Assembly (NCBI RefSeq): GCF_018350175.1
Contig: NC_058368.1
Coordinates: 65,040,001-65,104,000 of the forward strand
Length of the DNA: 64,000 bases
Reading direction: 5' to 3'
DNA from: Felis catus
Taxonomy: Eukaryota
Shown: positions 51,964 to 64,000 of the stretch, piece after piece
How positions within the stretch are numbered: the stretch's first letter is position 1
Layout of the letters: every line of letters starts with the position of its first letter
The notes under the pieces: model-generated
What the model was told of the DNA's origin: nothing
The model's database searches: none
What the model saw: only the letters and a program-made list of their open reading frames with translations
Made by a program: the position numbers and the translations under genes

Positions 51964-52319
51964 TGCAATGAATTGAATGTTTATGTCCCCCCCCCAATTC
52001 ACATGTAGCCCCAAAAATGATGGCATAGGAGGTGGGTCTTTGGAGAGGTCACAAGGTCATGAGAGTGGAACCTGCATGAATGACATTAGCATCCATATAA
52101 AAGAGACTCCAGAGAGTTCCCTCATCCCTTCTACCATATGAGGACATAGCAAGAAGGCAGTCATCTATCTACCAGGCAATGCTTCATCATGGGACATTAA
52201 ATCTCCTAGCCCCTTGATCTTGGACTTTCCAGCCTCCAGAACTGCAAGAAATAAATGTTTGTAGTTTAAGCCCCTCAGTCTATGATATTTTTGTTATAGC
52301 AGCCTGAACAGGTAAGTCA
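51964..52319 (+). mobile_element. MaLR solo LTR (MLT1A0-like)
   Basis: tgaatgtttatgtcccccc...tataaaagagactccagagag...cttggactttccagcctccagaactg...aataaa...tttgttatagcagcctgaaca; about 355 bp. Confidence 0.93.
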
Positions 52320-54827
52320 CCATCATGATATATTTTCACTTGGTCATACACTTAAAACTCATTTTTAGATCATAGTACTACAAAAGCTCATAGAAATTCA
52401 GCAAAGAAGGACAGTTTACAATGCAAAGACATGAAAACAATAAAACAAAACATACTTTTACACTTATCATATTCCAAATGCAACAACACCTCATGCTAAT
52501 ATACCTTAGCCTGTGTCCCTAAATTATAACATTTTGGGATTAGCCTTTTTCTGGGCAATTTAAAGAATTATTAGCTCAACTCTGTGACTAATACTGTTAA
52601 AGTTACCATGAAAGAGCTAGAATTAAGTCCAAATAATTCATGCAACTACAGTTACAAGCCAAAATAGCAGAGCACATTGCTGATCTACAGGAGTGGTCTT
52701 CAAAATGTTTAATTAGGGCAGTATGATTATGTGTTACCTAAAGAGTTACAACATCAACTGAAAAATTTTTCATTAATTTGGGCAATATGAGGGAAAATGT
52801 TGGGGTAGAAGGGAGGCAGTCACTACTGTCTGCTAATGAAATGTATTACAATATTTTTAAATGGTCAAGCATTCTTTAATACTAGAAAGGACCCCATTAC
52901 ACACCTTTCCAGTTGTCATTCTACATATGTAATTCTAACAAGGAAAAAAATGTTAGCGTTCTACAAGTTTATAGATTCACTTTTCTCATATATGCTTACT
53001 CTCAGTAATAACTAGACTTTTTATTTTTTGCATGAGAAAATGTTGAAACCAAACAAATATGATGAGTTGTATATACAAAGCAAAATAGGAGCATTGATGG
53101 TGTTTGGTGTTATCTTCAAATATCTCACCTACACACCCAAGCTCCAGTTTCCCTACACGATTTTGGTTACCCAAGGAACTGATAGACAGATGACAAAATA
53201 CATATTTATATATATATATATATAAATATTGAATACGACCAATAATATTAAACCCAGAAATCAGTACCTGTGCAGAAGAAGAAAATACTGCTTCTAGAAA
53301 AAATAGTAAATCTAAATACAATAATTTTTTAAAAGACTTTATTTTTTCCTTGATGAAAACATTGTTTCTTTGGAGTTGACGCACTAATTATCCAGAATGT
53401 CAACAAAGTTTTTTTTTTAATTATTCAAAAAAATATTTTGAGCCCATTCTTACTGTTAGGTACCCTGTTAGGGATTTGGTATATGCCAAAAAATAAGATA
53501 TATATTTTTTTCTTGTCTAGTGAAATGTTGAACATGAAAACAAATAATTGCAATACATTTTGATAAGTGTTATTTGGGAGATAAGAAATGAATACCTGAG
53601 ACATAAAAGAGTTAATCACTGTACTGAATTTGGCATAGAAATTCTCCACAGGACATGCAATTTAAATGTCTCTCTAGGTACTCCTAGTAGAAAATATGGA
53701 GAGGGAATTACAAGGAGAAATAATGCAAAAATGTGGGATCACCTAGTAAGCACAGCAAGTTAAGCAATAATTGAAGGCAAAACATCCTGGCTTTAGTAGC
53801 AAGAGATGAAATTTAAGAGGTGAGCATAACCATAACTATAACGATAACCATAACTGTAAGCACAACCAAGCATCATGGGAGATTTCAATAAGAAGTTCAG
53901 GTTAACACCTGTAGCCACAAGATGCCATCAACAAAGTGGCATTATTCATTTAGTTTCAGATTGATTTACTACCATTGTTTCCCTGGAGAAAAGAGCCCTA
54001 AAAGAACATTCTACTCATAGAAATCGGACTAATTTTCATGAAGGGGAAGAGATACTTCCACTATTTTCTATATTGCTTCACATTACTGGAAAGGTTGGAG
54101 TTCAACTGTGCAGGTTGGGAGTAAACAATATGGAAACCCTTCTTTGGGCCCATGGATGGGTTTGAGGATTGAAGCTATTATACAAGGCAAACCATCTACT
54201 TCAGCAACTTCACACAAAGAGTTCTTGAGCTCCATCAAAGTACGGTAAAATTGTTTGACTGCTGCAAGAATTAGTACCAACATTTATTTAGATTAGATAA
54301 TACACTTGTGGTACATGAAAACAAAGTGATTAAAAACACATTTAGGAAAATCTCATTTGTGGTAGATAAGACTCTCGGATTTGACAGTTATGTAATCTAA
54401 GCAAATATGGTTTTAATAGTGAATTAAGGTTTAATTTATAGATTTTCCGCATTGGATTGCTTAGAAATTAGTGCCCGCTTGGGAAAGATCCAGTTGCACT
54501 GAAATAAGTGTATGGGGACTGGGATAAGGTTAATGAATTTGGGTGTTTAGAATACATTTGTTCACTCAGTTCATCAGAAAGACAGCCCGAGGTCTTAAAA
54601 ATAAAACTATCACCAGCTGCACAGCAACAGCTAGTATTTGTCAAAACACATAGTCAAAACACCCAGTTAAGTTCTAGCAAATCTACAAAGAGGAACTGTG
54701 GGACCCTTAGCCCAATTTCAGGCACTAAAATCTGAGACCTGAAAAGGTTACATGTTTTGTCTAATGTCATACTTTCAGCATAAAAGCAAAGCCACAACTG
54801 ATACCAGGTCTTCTGATTTTAAATCCA

Positions 54828-54986
54828 TGGTGGTTGTTTTTTTGCTGTTGTATTTTTTGTTGCTGTCTTTCGGGGTTTTTTTTGTTTTGTTTTGTTTTGG
54901 GTTTTTTTTTTGGTTTTGGCTTGGTTTGGGTTTTTGTTTTGGTTTCTTTGGGTGTGTTTGTTTTTGTTTGTGTTTGTGTTTTTTTG
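54828..54986. repeat. T/G-rich low-complexity tract (degenerate TTTTG repeats)
   Basis: About 160 nt almost free of A; source of several spurious ORFs. Confidence 0.9.
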
Positions 54987-55945
54987 CCACACCATAGGAT
55001 TTCTGATTCCACAGCATTTCATTTGAATAAAATAGAAAATAGAAAAATTTTTTTCACTTATATGTAGACATCAGCCATCAGCCCAAATTGGACATGAACT
55101 TATCAGACCCCCTGGGTGTTGTGGCTAATCAGCACATAAATCTTACAAAGTATCTGTCTGGTTTGTAACCTTCCTCTCCCCCCCCACCTCCCCCGGGGAA
55201 TCTCGCTCACATTTCAAAGGATTGGACCTCATACAGACATGTTTGTACTACGTGACCCAAGCCCCCAGCTTACAGGTTGCAGCTGGACATTGGGGTCGGA
55301 CTGAGTTAGACCAACCAGTCTGCAACTGATGCTCACTCTTGGATTTCAGAATCAGGACTGAGAGGTCCTCTTCTAGTAGGAGTTACTCACTTGCATGGAA
55401 GTTGCACGCTGAAACTGCAGGACAGCCAGTGGAAGAAGTGCAGGAAAAGCATCTTCAGAAGACAAGAGTAAAGCTGACGTACAGAGAGAACTGGAGGCAA
55501 AGACCAGGGAGCCCCTGGGCGAAAGGGCTCCAGTTCCTCACTATTTTCCAATTCCTGATGGCTTTCTATTCCCAAGGCTCATCTTTATTTTCTACTTTTG
55601 CATTCTATAAAATATCTCTAAATCCTTGCAATACATTCATACCAGGAAACTGTGTCTCTAGTAACCATCTCTAAGACAGAGTGGGGTGTTGGCTGAGACC
55701 CAACAGCATAGCTGTGAGGATCCCTCCTGCACGGGTCTGCACCTAGCAGTATTTGGAAAGACATTGGAAAAATGTGACAGTGCCCTTGGTAAGTCTCAGA
55801 TATCATCAGTATAGGAAACCAGAAAGACATAAACTCTTATCCAAGTTTTTTTTACACTGAAAGTGGAGAAAATTAGGGCCTATACCGAGAGATGGCTGAT
55901 GTCCAGGTCAAGAAATATATGATCACAAAATTCTATGCTGTGCCC

Positions 55946-56200
55946 CTGTAATCAGTAAAGGAAGGCTAAGTGCTGTGACAAATAACATCAAAATTTCAGA
56001 ATCTTGGCATACTAAAAGTTTATTCCTTGCTCAAGCAAAAATTCTTGTTAGGCAGCAACCTTGAACAAATATCCTATTCACAATAACTCACAGGTACAAA
56101 CTCAGGCCATCAGGGCTCCACTGTACCCTAACACTTTGACTCCTTTGTTGAATCCTTTATATCCAGGTAGACAGAGGAAGAAAGGGAATCCACAAATTTG
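55946..56200 (-). mobile_element. MaLR LTR fragment (MLT1J/K-like)
   Basis: gctgtgacaaataacatcaaaatttcag...aaaagtttattccttgctca. Confidence 0.6.
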
Positions 56201-56229
56201 GGGGCTTGCAAGTTACAATACTGCCTGCT

Positions 56230-57690
56230 TCAGACTTCAAGCAAAAAGAATTAAAACGATTTTGAGCTACAAAAGTCCTGTAGAACTCAGCCCCACAAAA
56301 ATCAGATTCGGAGTGTAGCCACCCAATCTATTATTTCAGAAGGCAATAAAGTGGCCAATTATAAGCTGAGGACAAAACATGAGGGCAAGAAAAAAATGAC
56401 ATAAATCAAGCTTGAGAAATATATCTAGGAAGGAATTTGGCTGGTGGTCACTGGCACATGAAAGCTAGTGCAAGCAAGTAATTAGCACATTACTAAATTT
56501 ATAAAGGAATTGTATTAACCAAAAGCAAATCCCAGCCTTAATACATATTTGTCTGTAGTAGTCTTAATATAAATTTTGGGCTTTCAAATGTGCACTAGCA
56601 GGAAATGGGCTCTGAAAACTGAGTGGCCACTCAGGAGAGAATAGTCCCCAGTGTCCGTTTCAGAGGCGTCCATGGAGAACAATAAAAAAGGAATCATCTC
56701 CCAGAAGGTGGAGGGTGAGTTCACAGAGAACAGCAAACAAGGCAGTTTCTCTAAAAGACCAGAAGCAGGTTCTATTCAGGGAACTTTCCTTATTCTTTGG
56801 GTAGGATTTTGCAGCCTGTATAAGCCAATTATTGCCATGTCTCTACCATTTAATCTGTTTCTGCATGGGACATTAATTGCTGTTATCTGTTTCTGGTTCA
56901 CAGTTATGTCGGGGAAAACACAGAGCAGATAACTTGTCTTTCTAGTTCTAAGGTCACTGGGTAAAGGTCACTGGGCTTTGAGAAAATGTACTGAGCAGGT
57001 GGAACTTTGGGTTATCTCTCTCTATGGAAACAAAAGGTGACACATAGTGTGTCACCAAAAGAGAAGATTGTTGTAGTTACAGACACTGCTTCCAGGTCAT
57101 CAAATTAATGTCATTTTCCTCCAGGGCACACTTTTTCTTTCCTCTGTTGCAATTATTTAGGGTCATGTGACTGAGTTCTGGACAATGGGAAAGAGCCTTA
57201 CATTTCTGGACCCTGGTCATGCAAAGCCTTCATGATCAATTCTCTGTCTCTTCCTACATCTACTAATTTGAGGTAGAATCCAACAAAGTCCTTGCAAGCA
57301 AATTTCTTAAGATGAGACAGAGTCATCCTAAATCCCTGAATGACTAACCTCTCCACTGATAGCCAGCTAGACTTTGTGAGTTAGAATTTTTTACTGTGCT
57401 AAACCAAGATTTGGGGGGGGGGGGTTATCTGTCAATACCCAGAATTATCTTTTTTTTTAGTTTATTCATTTATTTTGAGAGAGACAGAGACAGCGCAAAT
57501 GGGGGAGGGGCAGAGAGAGAGGGAGACAGAGAATCCCAAGCAGGTTCCATACCGTCAGCAAGAGCTGGATGTGGGCTCGAACTCATGAAACTGTGAGATC
57601 ATGACCTGAGCCAAAACCAAGAGTCAGATGCTTAACTGAGTGAGCCACCTGGCTGCCCCAACCCCTGAATTATCTTTACTAATAAACCTT
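56230..57690 (+). mobile_element. MaLR internal-region remnant plus 3' LTR (MLT1-int, MLT1I/J-like LTR from about 57070)
   Basis: gagaaatatatctaggaagga, gcagataacttgtctttctagttc (int 3' part); gggtcatgtgactgagttctggacaatgg, tccctgaatgact, actgtgctaaacc (LTR). Confidence 0.65.
57453..57659 (-). mobile_element. Can-SINE
   Basis: TSD core gaattatcttt at 57442-57452 and 57667-57677. Confidence 0.95.
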
Positions 57691-58899
57691 CTACTGTGAA
57701 AAAGCTTTAATGAACTGATTGAGAAAATGTAGGCTCCTGGCAATTCAGAATAGAAATAACTAAAAGGATCCAGCTGTGGGACTATTAGTCAGGTTCCTCC
57801 AAGGATTGCAGGATACTTTATCCACAGCCCAGCTCCAGTGGAATGAAAATAACCTAAATAAATCAAAACACACAAGAAATAAAGATAAAACCAAATGCCT
57901 TGATCTCTAAAGATGAATGTAAATACAGCCTACACTATCTCCAAGTCTTTATTCTCTATGGCCCTGAGGTTAAGGCCATTTAGAAGGGAATAATAGAGAC
58001 AGAGAGGCATCCAGAATTTCTGCTAAGAAATTCAAGTCTCACACTACACATGGCTCAAATCTGACTTTTAATTCAAATAGGCAAGGATATTCCCAAATCA
58101 TGACTTTTCAAGGGTTCTTGAAACATATTATAGTAAACCAAAGGCTCATAAATGAAACTGAAGCTATTGTTATATGAGTTGTAGTATCATAAGCATACCA
58201 GCTACAAAAAAAAAAAAAAAGCAGAAACTATGGGCAGTAAATTACACCCCCCCTACAAGCTCTAAGACTGGATACAAAGATATAAAGAAATATTCTGCTA
58301 AGGAGACATGTCACCCCAAAAGAGTATCAACCCCAAATTTTCCTGGTGGTTCCCTGAATATCTTGAACAACAAAAAGCCAGTAAATAGAGGAAAACAAAT
58401 AGTGGGCAAATCTATAAACCAATTAAAATGTTGCTACAACATATAGTTGATTTTTTAATTTACTTTCCTGTGTGCCTATATTCAGGTGCATTTTCTCCTT
58501 TGGACACATGACTGCATGAGCTATGTTATAGATGTTGGTTTTGCCCCTTTAGCTAAATGGAATTTTTTTATGACAGTTTTCTCTTCACACCCCACCCCAC
58601 CTACCGCAGTATAAGTTACAGGGGGCAGTAGTCTTTGAGGATTTCCTCTGCACACTATCATTGCCTGGGCCTCTGGCTTGCCATGCAGTAGGAAATGGTA
58701 CAGGGCTTTTGCAGTCAGAGACATGCTTCAGAATATTTGTATATACAAAGGAAGATGGAGAGTTATTTGTTGGTAGCCACGGAATAATACTAGAGAGACA
58801 TCTCAAACAATATTTCCCAACCCATGACAATTATCTTCCTATGGAGATTGACACTTTGCACCCACATAGGGGAGCCATGCCTCTGGCGGTCTGTTGATA

Positions 58900-59385
58900 C
58901 AATATGACCATGTGAACGCCCTGTCCTGGGCATAACTGATAGACCAGAAATGGGCACAGCACTGAAAATAAACCAATAAAATTACATTTCCTGGAAATTT
59001 GGGAGTTGACATTCTAGGTCTGCCTGGCAGTCCACTTAACCGAAGACATGCCCTAACAGCAGGAATGAGGCATCTTCTGCTAGGATCACAGAGGAGTAGG
59101 TAAAGATAGACCACCCGGAGAGAAGTATGGAGAGAAAATCAGAAGCAAGAGTCCATGAGACCCAGGAAGAATGAGACTAAGTACATGGACTTCCAATTTA
59201 TCCTGCATAAAAGCAAATATATTCCATAATCTCCAGTTTTGTAAAAGATAACTCTACATCTTCCTAGTAAATAGGGTTTTTGCTGTGGTTTTGGTTTGTG
59301 TGGTTGTTTGGTTGGTTTTGGTTTTGGGATTTGGGGATATTTTGCTTAAGTTCACTCCCGTTGGTTTTGTTTTTCAATGCCAGAA
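58900..59385 (+). mobile_element. Ancient ERVL-type LTR remnant
   Basis: tgatagaccagaaatgggcac...ccaataaaattacatttcctggaaatttggga resembles the LTR16/LTR33 group. Confidence 0.45.
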
Positions 59386-60146
59386 GCCTAGGGCAGCAAC
59401 CAGCCACTCCCTTTGAGGCCAGCCCCTTTGTGCAATTAATTCCCTAGTTCTAGACTCCCCTGGTTCACTTAGCTTGTTTCACGCAATGTCAGACTGTTAA
59501 GATGCCAGCATGCCCCCTGGCCAGGTCTTATGATGGTTATTGAGGAATTCATAGTAATCTTCAGTAGAATCTTTTCTTGTTTCTTTTTTTATTTTTTTAA
59601 TTTTGCTGACTGCAAAATTTCCTCCTCTTTGCTTTATTGAAGTCAGATTTTAAATATGAACGGATTTTCCTTTATATGGCTTTATAGCTGCTTTCCTGCT
59701 TATTCCATTTATCTTTTATCTGTTTCATATTTGGCATTACTTAAATAGAAGATACTTTATTCTGTCTGATCAGAAAATGTGTGGGCTTGGGAAGTTTGTT
59801 CTTTATTTACTTTTTGTTTGGTTTTGTTTTATATTTATCATTTGCTTTTGCTGCATTGAATCCATCTTGTGCTTGGTTCAGGTTTACTATGTGGTTATTT
59901 GAGTTGATCTAGGCTGGGTCTCCTACTGTGCTTTAGATGCACTCTCCAGGCTTCCCACAAGGTCAGGTTAAGTTCACCTGATCACCTTGCCCATGCTAGT
60001 TAGTAGCCACACTGAAAAGAGAAGGCAGTTCTGCTCTACCCCGCTCACACTAATTTTTTCCAATTTTCATATCTCAGTGATCCCTGTAGTTTTCCTCTTG
60101 TGAATAAAAACATTGTACTTATCTTATTCAAAATAAAATGACTTCT

Positions 60147-62466
60147 AAAGAACAAGAACCACATGATCCTCTCAGTAGATGCAGAGAAAGCATTTGACAA
60201 AATACAGCATCCTTTCTTGATAAAAACCCTCAAGAAAGTAGGGATAGAAGGAGCATACCTGGAGATCATAAAAGCCATATACAAGTGACCCAACGCTAAT
60301 ATCATCCTCAATGGGGAAAAACTGAGAGCTTTCCCCTGAAGGTCAGTAACAAGACAGGGATGTCCACTCCCACCACTGTTATTCAACATAGTATTGGAAG
60401 TCTTAGCCTCTGCAATCAGACAACACAAAGAAATAAAAGGCATCCAAATCGGTCAGGAGGAGGTCAGACTTTCACTCTTCGCAGATGACATGATACTCTA
60501 TATGGAAAACCCAAAAGATTCCACCAAAAAACTGCCAGAACTGATTCATGAATTCAGAAAAGTTACAGGATATAAAATCAATGCAAAGAAATTGGTTGCA
60601 TTCCTATACACCAATAATGAAGCAACAGAAAGAGAAATCAAGGAATTGATCCCATTTATGATTGCACCAAAAACCATAAAATACCTAGGAATAAATCTAA
60701 CCAAAGAGGTGAAAAATCTACACACTGAAAACTATAGAAAGCTGATGAAAGAAACTGAGGAAGACATAAACAAATGGAAAAATATTCCATGCTCCTGGGT
60801 AGGAAGAACAAATATTGTTAAAATGTCAATACTACTCAAAGAAATCCACATATTCAATGCTATACCTATCAAAGTAACACCCGCATTCTTCATAGAGTGA
60901 GAACAAATCATCCTAAAATTTGTATGGAACCAGAAAAGACCCCGAATAGCCAAAGCAATCTTGAAAAAGAAAACCAAAGCAGGAGGCATCACAATCCTGG
61001 ACTTCAAGCTGTATTACAAAGCTGTAATCATCAAGAAAGTATGGTACTGGCACAAAAACAGACACTCAGATCAATAGAACAGAATAGAGAATCCAGAAAT
61101 GGACCCACAAACGTGGGTCCAACTAGTATGGCCAACTAATCTTTGACAAAGCAGGAAAGAATATCCAATGGATTAAAGACAGTCTCTTCAGCAAGTGGTG
61201 CTGGGAAAACTGGACAGCGACATGCAGAAAAATGAATCTGGACCACTTTCTTACACCATACACAAAAATAAACTCAAAATTGGTTAAAGACCTAAGTGTA
61301 AGACAGGAAGCCATCAAAATCCTCAAGGAGAAAGCAGACAAAAACCTCTTTGACCTTGGCCGCAGAAACTTCTTACTCAACATGTCTCCAGAGGCAAGGG
61401 AAACAAAAGCAAAAGTGAACTATTGGGACCTCATCAAAATAAAAAGTTTCTGCACAGCAAAGGAAACAATCAGCAAAACTAAAAGGCAACTGATGAAATA
61501 GGAGAAGATATTTGCAAACGACATATCAGATAAAGGGTTAGTATCCAAAATCTATAAAGAACTTATCAAACACAACACCCAAAAAACAAATAACCCAGTG
61601 AAGGAATGAGCAAAAGACATGAATAGACACTTCTCCAAAGAAGACATCCAGAAGGCCACCGACACATGAAAAAATGCTCAACATCACTCATCATCAGGGA
61701 AATACAAATCAAAACCACAATGAGATACCACCTCACACCTATCAGAATGGCTAACATTAACAACTCAGGCAACAACAGATGTTGTGGAGGATGCAGACAA
61801 AGGGAACTCTTTTGCACTGCTGGTGGGAATGCAAACTGGTGCAGCCACTCTGGAAAAGAGTATGGAGGTTCCTCAAAAAATTAAAAATAGAACTACCCTA
61901 CAACCTAGCAATTGCACTACTAGGTATTTATCCAAGGGAACAGGTATGCTGCTTCAAAGAGACACATGAACCCCAACATTTATAGCAGCACTATCAACAA
62001 TAGCCAAAGTATGGAAAGAGCCCAAATGTCCACTGATGGACGAATGGGTAAAGAAGATGTGGTATATATACACAATGGGGTATTACTCGGCAATCAAAAA
62101 GAAAGAAATCTTGCCATTTGCAACTACATGGATGGAACTAGAAGGTATTTTGCTAAGTGAAATTAGTCAGGCAGAGAAAGACAAATATCATATGACTTCA
62201 CTCATATGAGGACTTTAATAAGAGACAAAACAAATGAACATAAAGTAAGGGAAACAAAAATAATATAAAAACAGGGATGGGGACAAAACAGAAGAGACTC
62301 ATAAATATGGAGAACAAACTGAGGCTTACTGGAGGGGTTGTGGGAGGGGGGGTGGGCTAAATGGGTCAGGGGCATTAAGGAATGTACTCCTGAAATCATT
62401 GTTGCACTATATGTTAACTAACTTGGATGTAAATTTAAAAAATAAAAATTTTTTAAATAAGTAAAT
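60147..62466 (+). mobile_element. Young felid-type LINE-1, 5'-truncated, inactive
   Basis: ORF2 peptides [19 protein letters not shown]; stops at 60286, 60337, 60898; 3' UTR and A tail; 17-bp TSD aaaataaaat(g/a)acttct at 60130-60146 and 62467-62483. Confidence 0.98.
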
Positions 62467-62929
62467 AAAATAAAATAACTTCTGAGAGAAATGACACCAA
62501 GAATTATCTTCTCCCAAGAAACATGACTTCTTTGTCTCTGGTCTTCATTGTTTTAAAAATTGCCTCCTATTTTCCCACAGCTTCAGAGTCCATCACAATG
62601 TGGCCATAGGTGATACACAATAGAAGAGTTAGCTTTCAAGCTGTGCCACCCCCAAAATAAAGCATTTGAATACCTGAAAATATTTAGCTTCTGGTAGATT
62701 ATATGTGCATCAAAGCTAATTTTGTTTTCTTTGTCTTTGCTTTGGGCCTTATACTCTTGCATGTATAGTTAATACAAGTCCATTCTCCAATTAATGGAGA
62801 AACACTAGACTTGAGACTTTAGAAATACTAGAGTATTTCTAGCCCCTTGGCTTATGTTATACCATTCTGACTCTCTCCAAATAAGCTATTTTATTGAACA
62901 TTGGGAAGCCAATATGATATGAGTAAGGC

Positions 62930-63271
62930 ATTTCTTCTGCAGGTTGCCTAGGGATCTGTGATTCTAGACTTGGCTTAGATTGAACAGCTCAACTGGGCAA
63001 CTCTGCTCCACCTGTTTCATCCTTTTTCTTGGACCAGCAGTTTAACCCCGGAATGTTCTTTTTGCGGTGATAAAGGAACCAGTTTGAATCCACTCAGGGT
63101 TTGGCACTGGAACACTGTCACTTCTGCCTTATTAGCCAAACCAAGTCCCATGGCCAAATGCCAAAGGTAAGGAAATACATCCCACTTTTACGTAAGTAAC
63201 TCCAGAACCATATGACAACAGGCTTAGATAGAAAGATTTAAAAAATCAGGGATTATAATGCAATCCACCAC
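62930..63271 (-). mobile_element. MaLR LTR (MLT1J-like), antisense
   Basis: ctctgctccac...ggaccagcag...cactgtcacttctgcc...caagtcccatggccaa...taatgcaatccaccac. Confidence 0.75.
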
Positions 63272-63509
63272 CCACCAAATAGCCTTCTATCACCATATTT
63301 GAAATGGAAAATTGGATTAAATATTTTGGATCCTTTCTAGCTCTAACATTATGGTTTTGTATAAACCATTGCTTAGCAATTCCAAATTATTTTCATTACT
63401 CTACTAATCACAGATATCGGTATAAACTGAATTTAAAACACACTACAGATGCTTTGAGATATATGACATATCCATTGCTCTATTTCCAGGGAGGACCACA
63501 ACTAAATTG

Positions 63510-63560
63510 TATTATCTATTATCTAAATTATCTATTATCTATTATCTAAAATCTATTATC
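63510..63560. repeat. Degenerate (TATTATC)n tandem repeat
   Basis: tattatctattatctaaattatctattatctattatctaaaatctattatc. Confidence 0.85.
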
Positions 63561-63869
63561 AACTGCTTTTTACACTTAAGGAAAAAGAGTGATTCTGTTT
63601 CCTTGGATGTAATTCCTATAACTTCAGACTTTACCAGGCTTTGGAAATGAATGAGGTCACATAAGGATTTTTACCATATCACGTGTTACTGGGTCTGTAA
63701 TCCACCTGTATAAATCATAGCTCTTCCAACCTCCACACCCACACATCTACTGAATCATTTTTAAGGGTCTCCAGGCTGTATGTACACCGCGCACACTTAT
63801 AAATAAGTCCACTTATATTCTCCAGCTCCAGAATATTTACTAGTACCTTGTCCCTGCAAATACACTGAA

Positions 63870-64000
63870 AGACAGCAACTTAAGTATTTCTGACATAAAG
63901 TGAATACACACTTTAAAGTGTGTATTTCAATGAGTTTTGACATGTTTATGCGCTTGGGTAATCTTCGCCATAATCTAGGCCACTTCCATCACCCTCAAAA
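63870..64000 (-). mobile_element. Old L1 3'-terminal fragment, runs off the window
   Basis: tttaaagtgtgtatttcaatgagttttgaca...ttccatcaccctcaaaa. Confidence 0.7.

Noticed and set aside
54083..54283. Segment open on both strands, possible exon 54094-54239 or pseudogene
   Set aside because: Weak splice sites (aag acceptor, AAA|gtacgg donor) and no recognisable protein
54752..55067. Five overlapping ORFs on both strands
   Set aside because: Caused by the stop-free T/G low-complexity tract
55470..55537. Hairpin ggagccc...gggctcc with cgaaa, possible hammerhead ribozyme
   Set aside because: No CUGANGA core (nearest is ctgacgt) and no three-stem arrangement
1..64000. CRISPR array, operon or prokaryotic defence system
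   Set aside because: No regularly spaced repeat-spacer array or gene-dense region; the sequence is mammalian repeat-rich DNA

Overview
AT-rich, repeat-dominated mammalian DNA from a cat-family genome. The tRNA-derived Can-SINEs match the felid SINEC_Fc type, and the two young LINE-1 copies look felid. No host protein-coding gene, RNA gene or CRISPR array can be supported, and every long ORF in the track is a broken L1 ORF2 fragment or a SINE/microsatellite artefact. Contents: about 26 Can-SINEs (most with readable target-site duplications, TSDs), two 5'-truncated young L1s (19521-22156, 60147-62466), several old L1M, L2 and MIR remnants, MaLR/ERVL LTRs, one MER5A DNA transposon and microsatellites. 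A few isolated exon-like segments may belong to a spliced transcript. I found no convincing new biological system. The best signals are molecular-evolution ones. The two independently inserted L1s 40 kb apart share non-consensus substitutions and a near-identical 244-nt tract. One L1 carries a 13-nt fold-back templated insertion. There is a TSD-flanked poly(A)-only insertion, and there are tailless and nested SINEs. Two MaLR LTRs end in strong splice donors. Repeat subfamily names come from my recall of consensus sequences and need RepeatMasker/Dfam confirmation.
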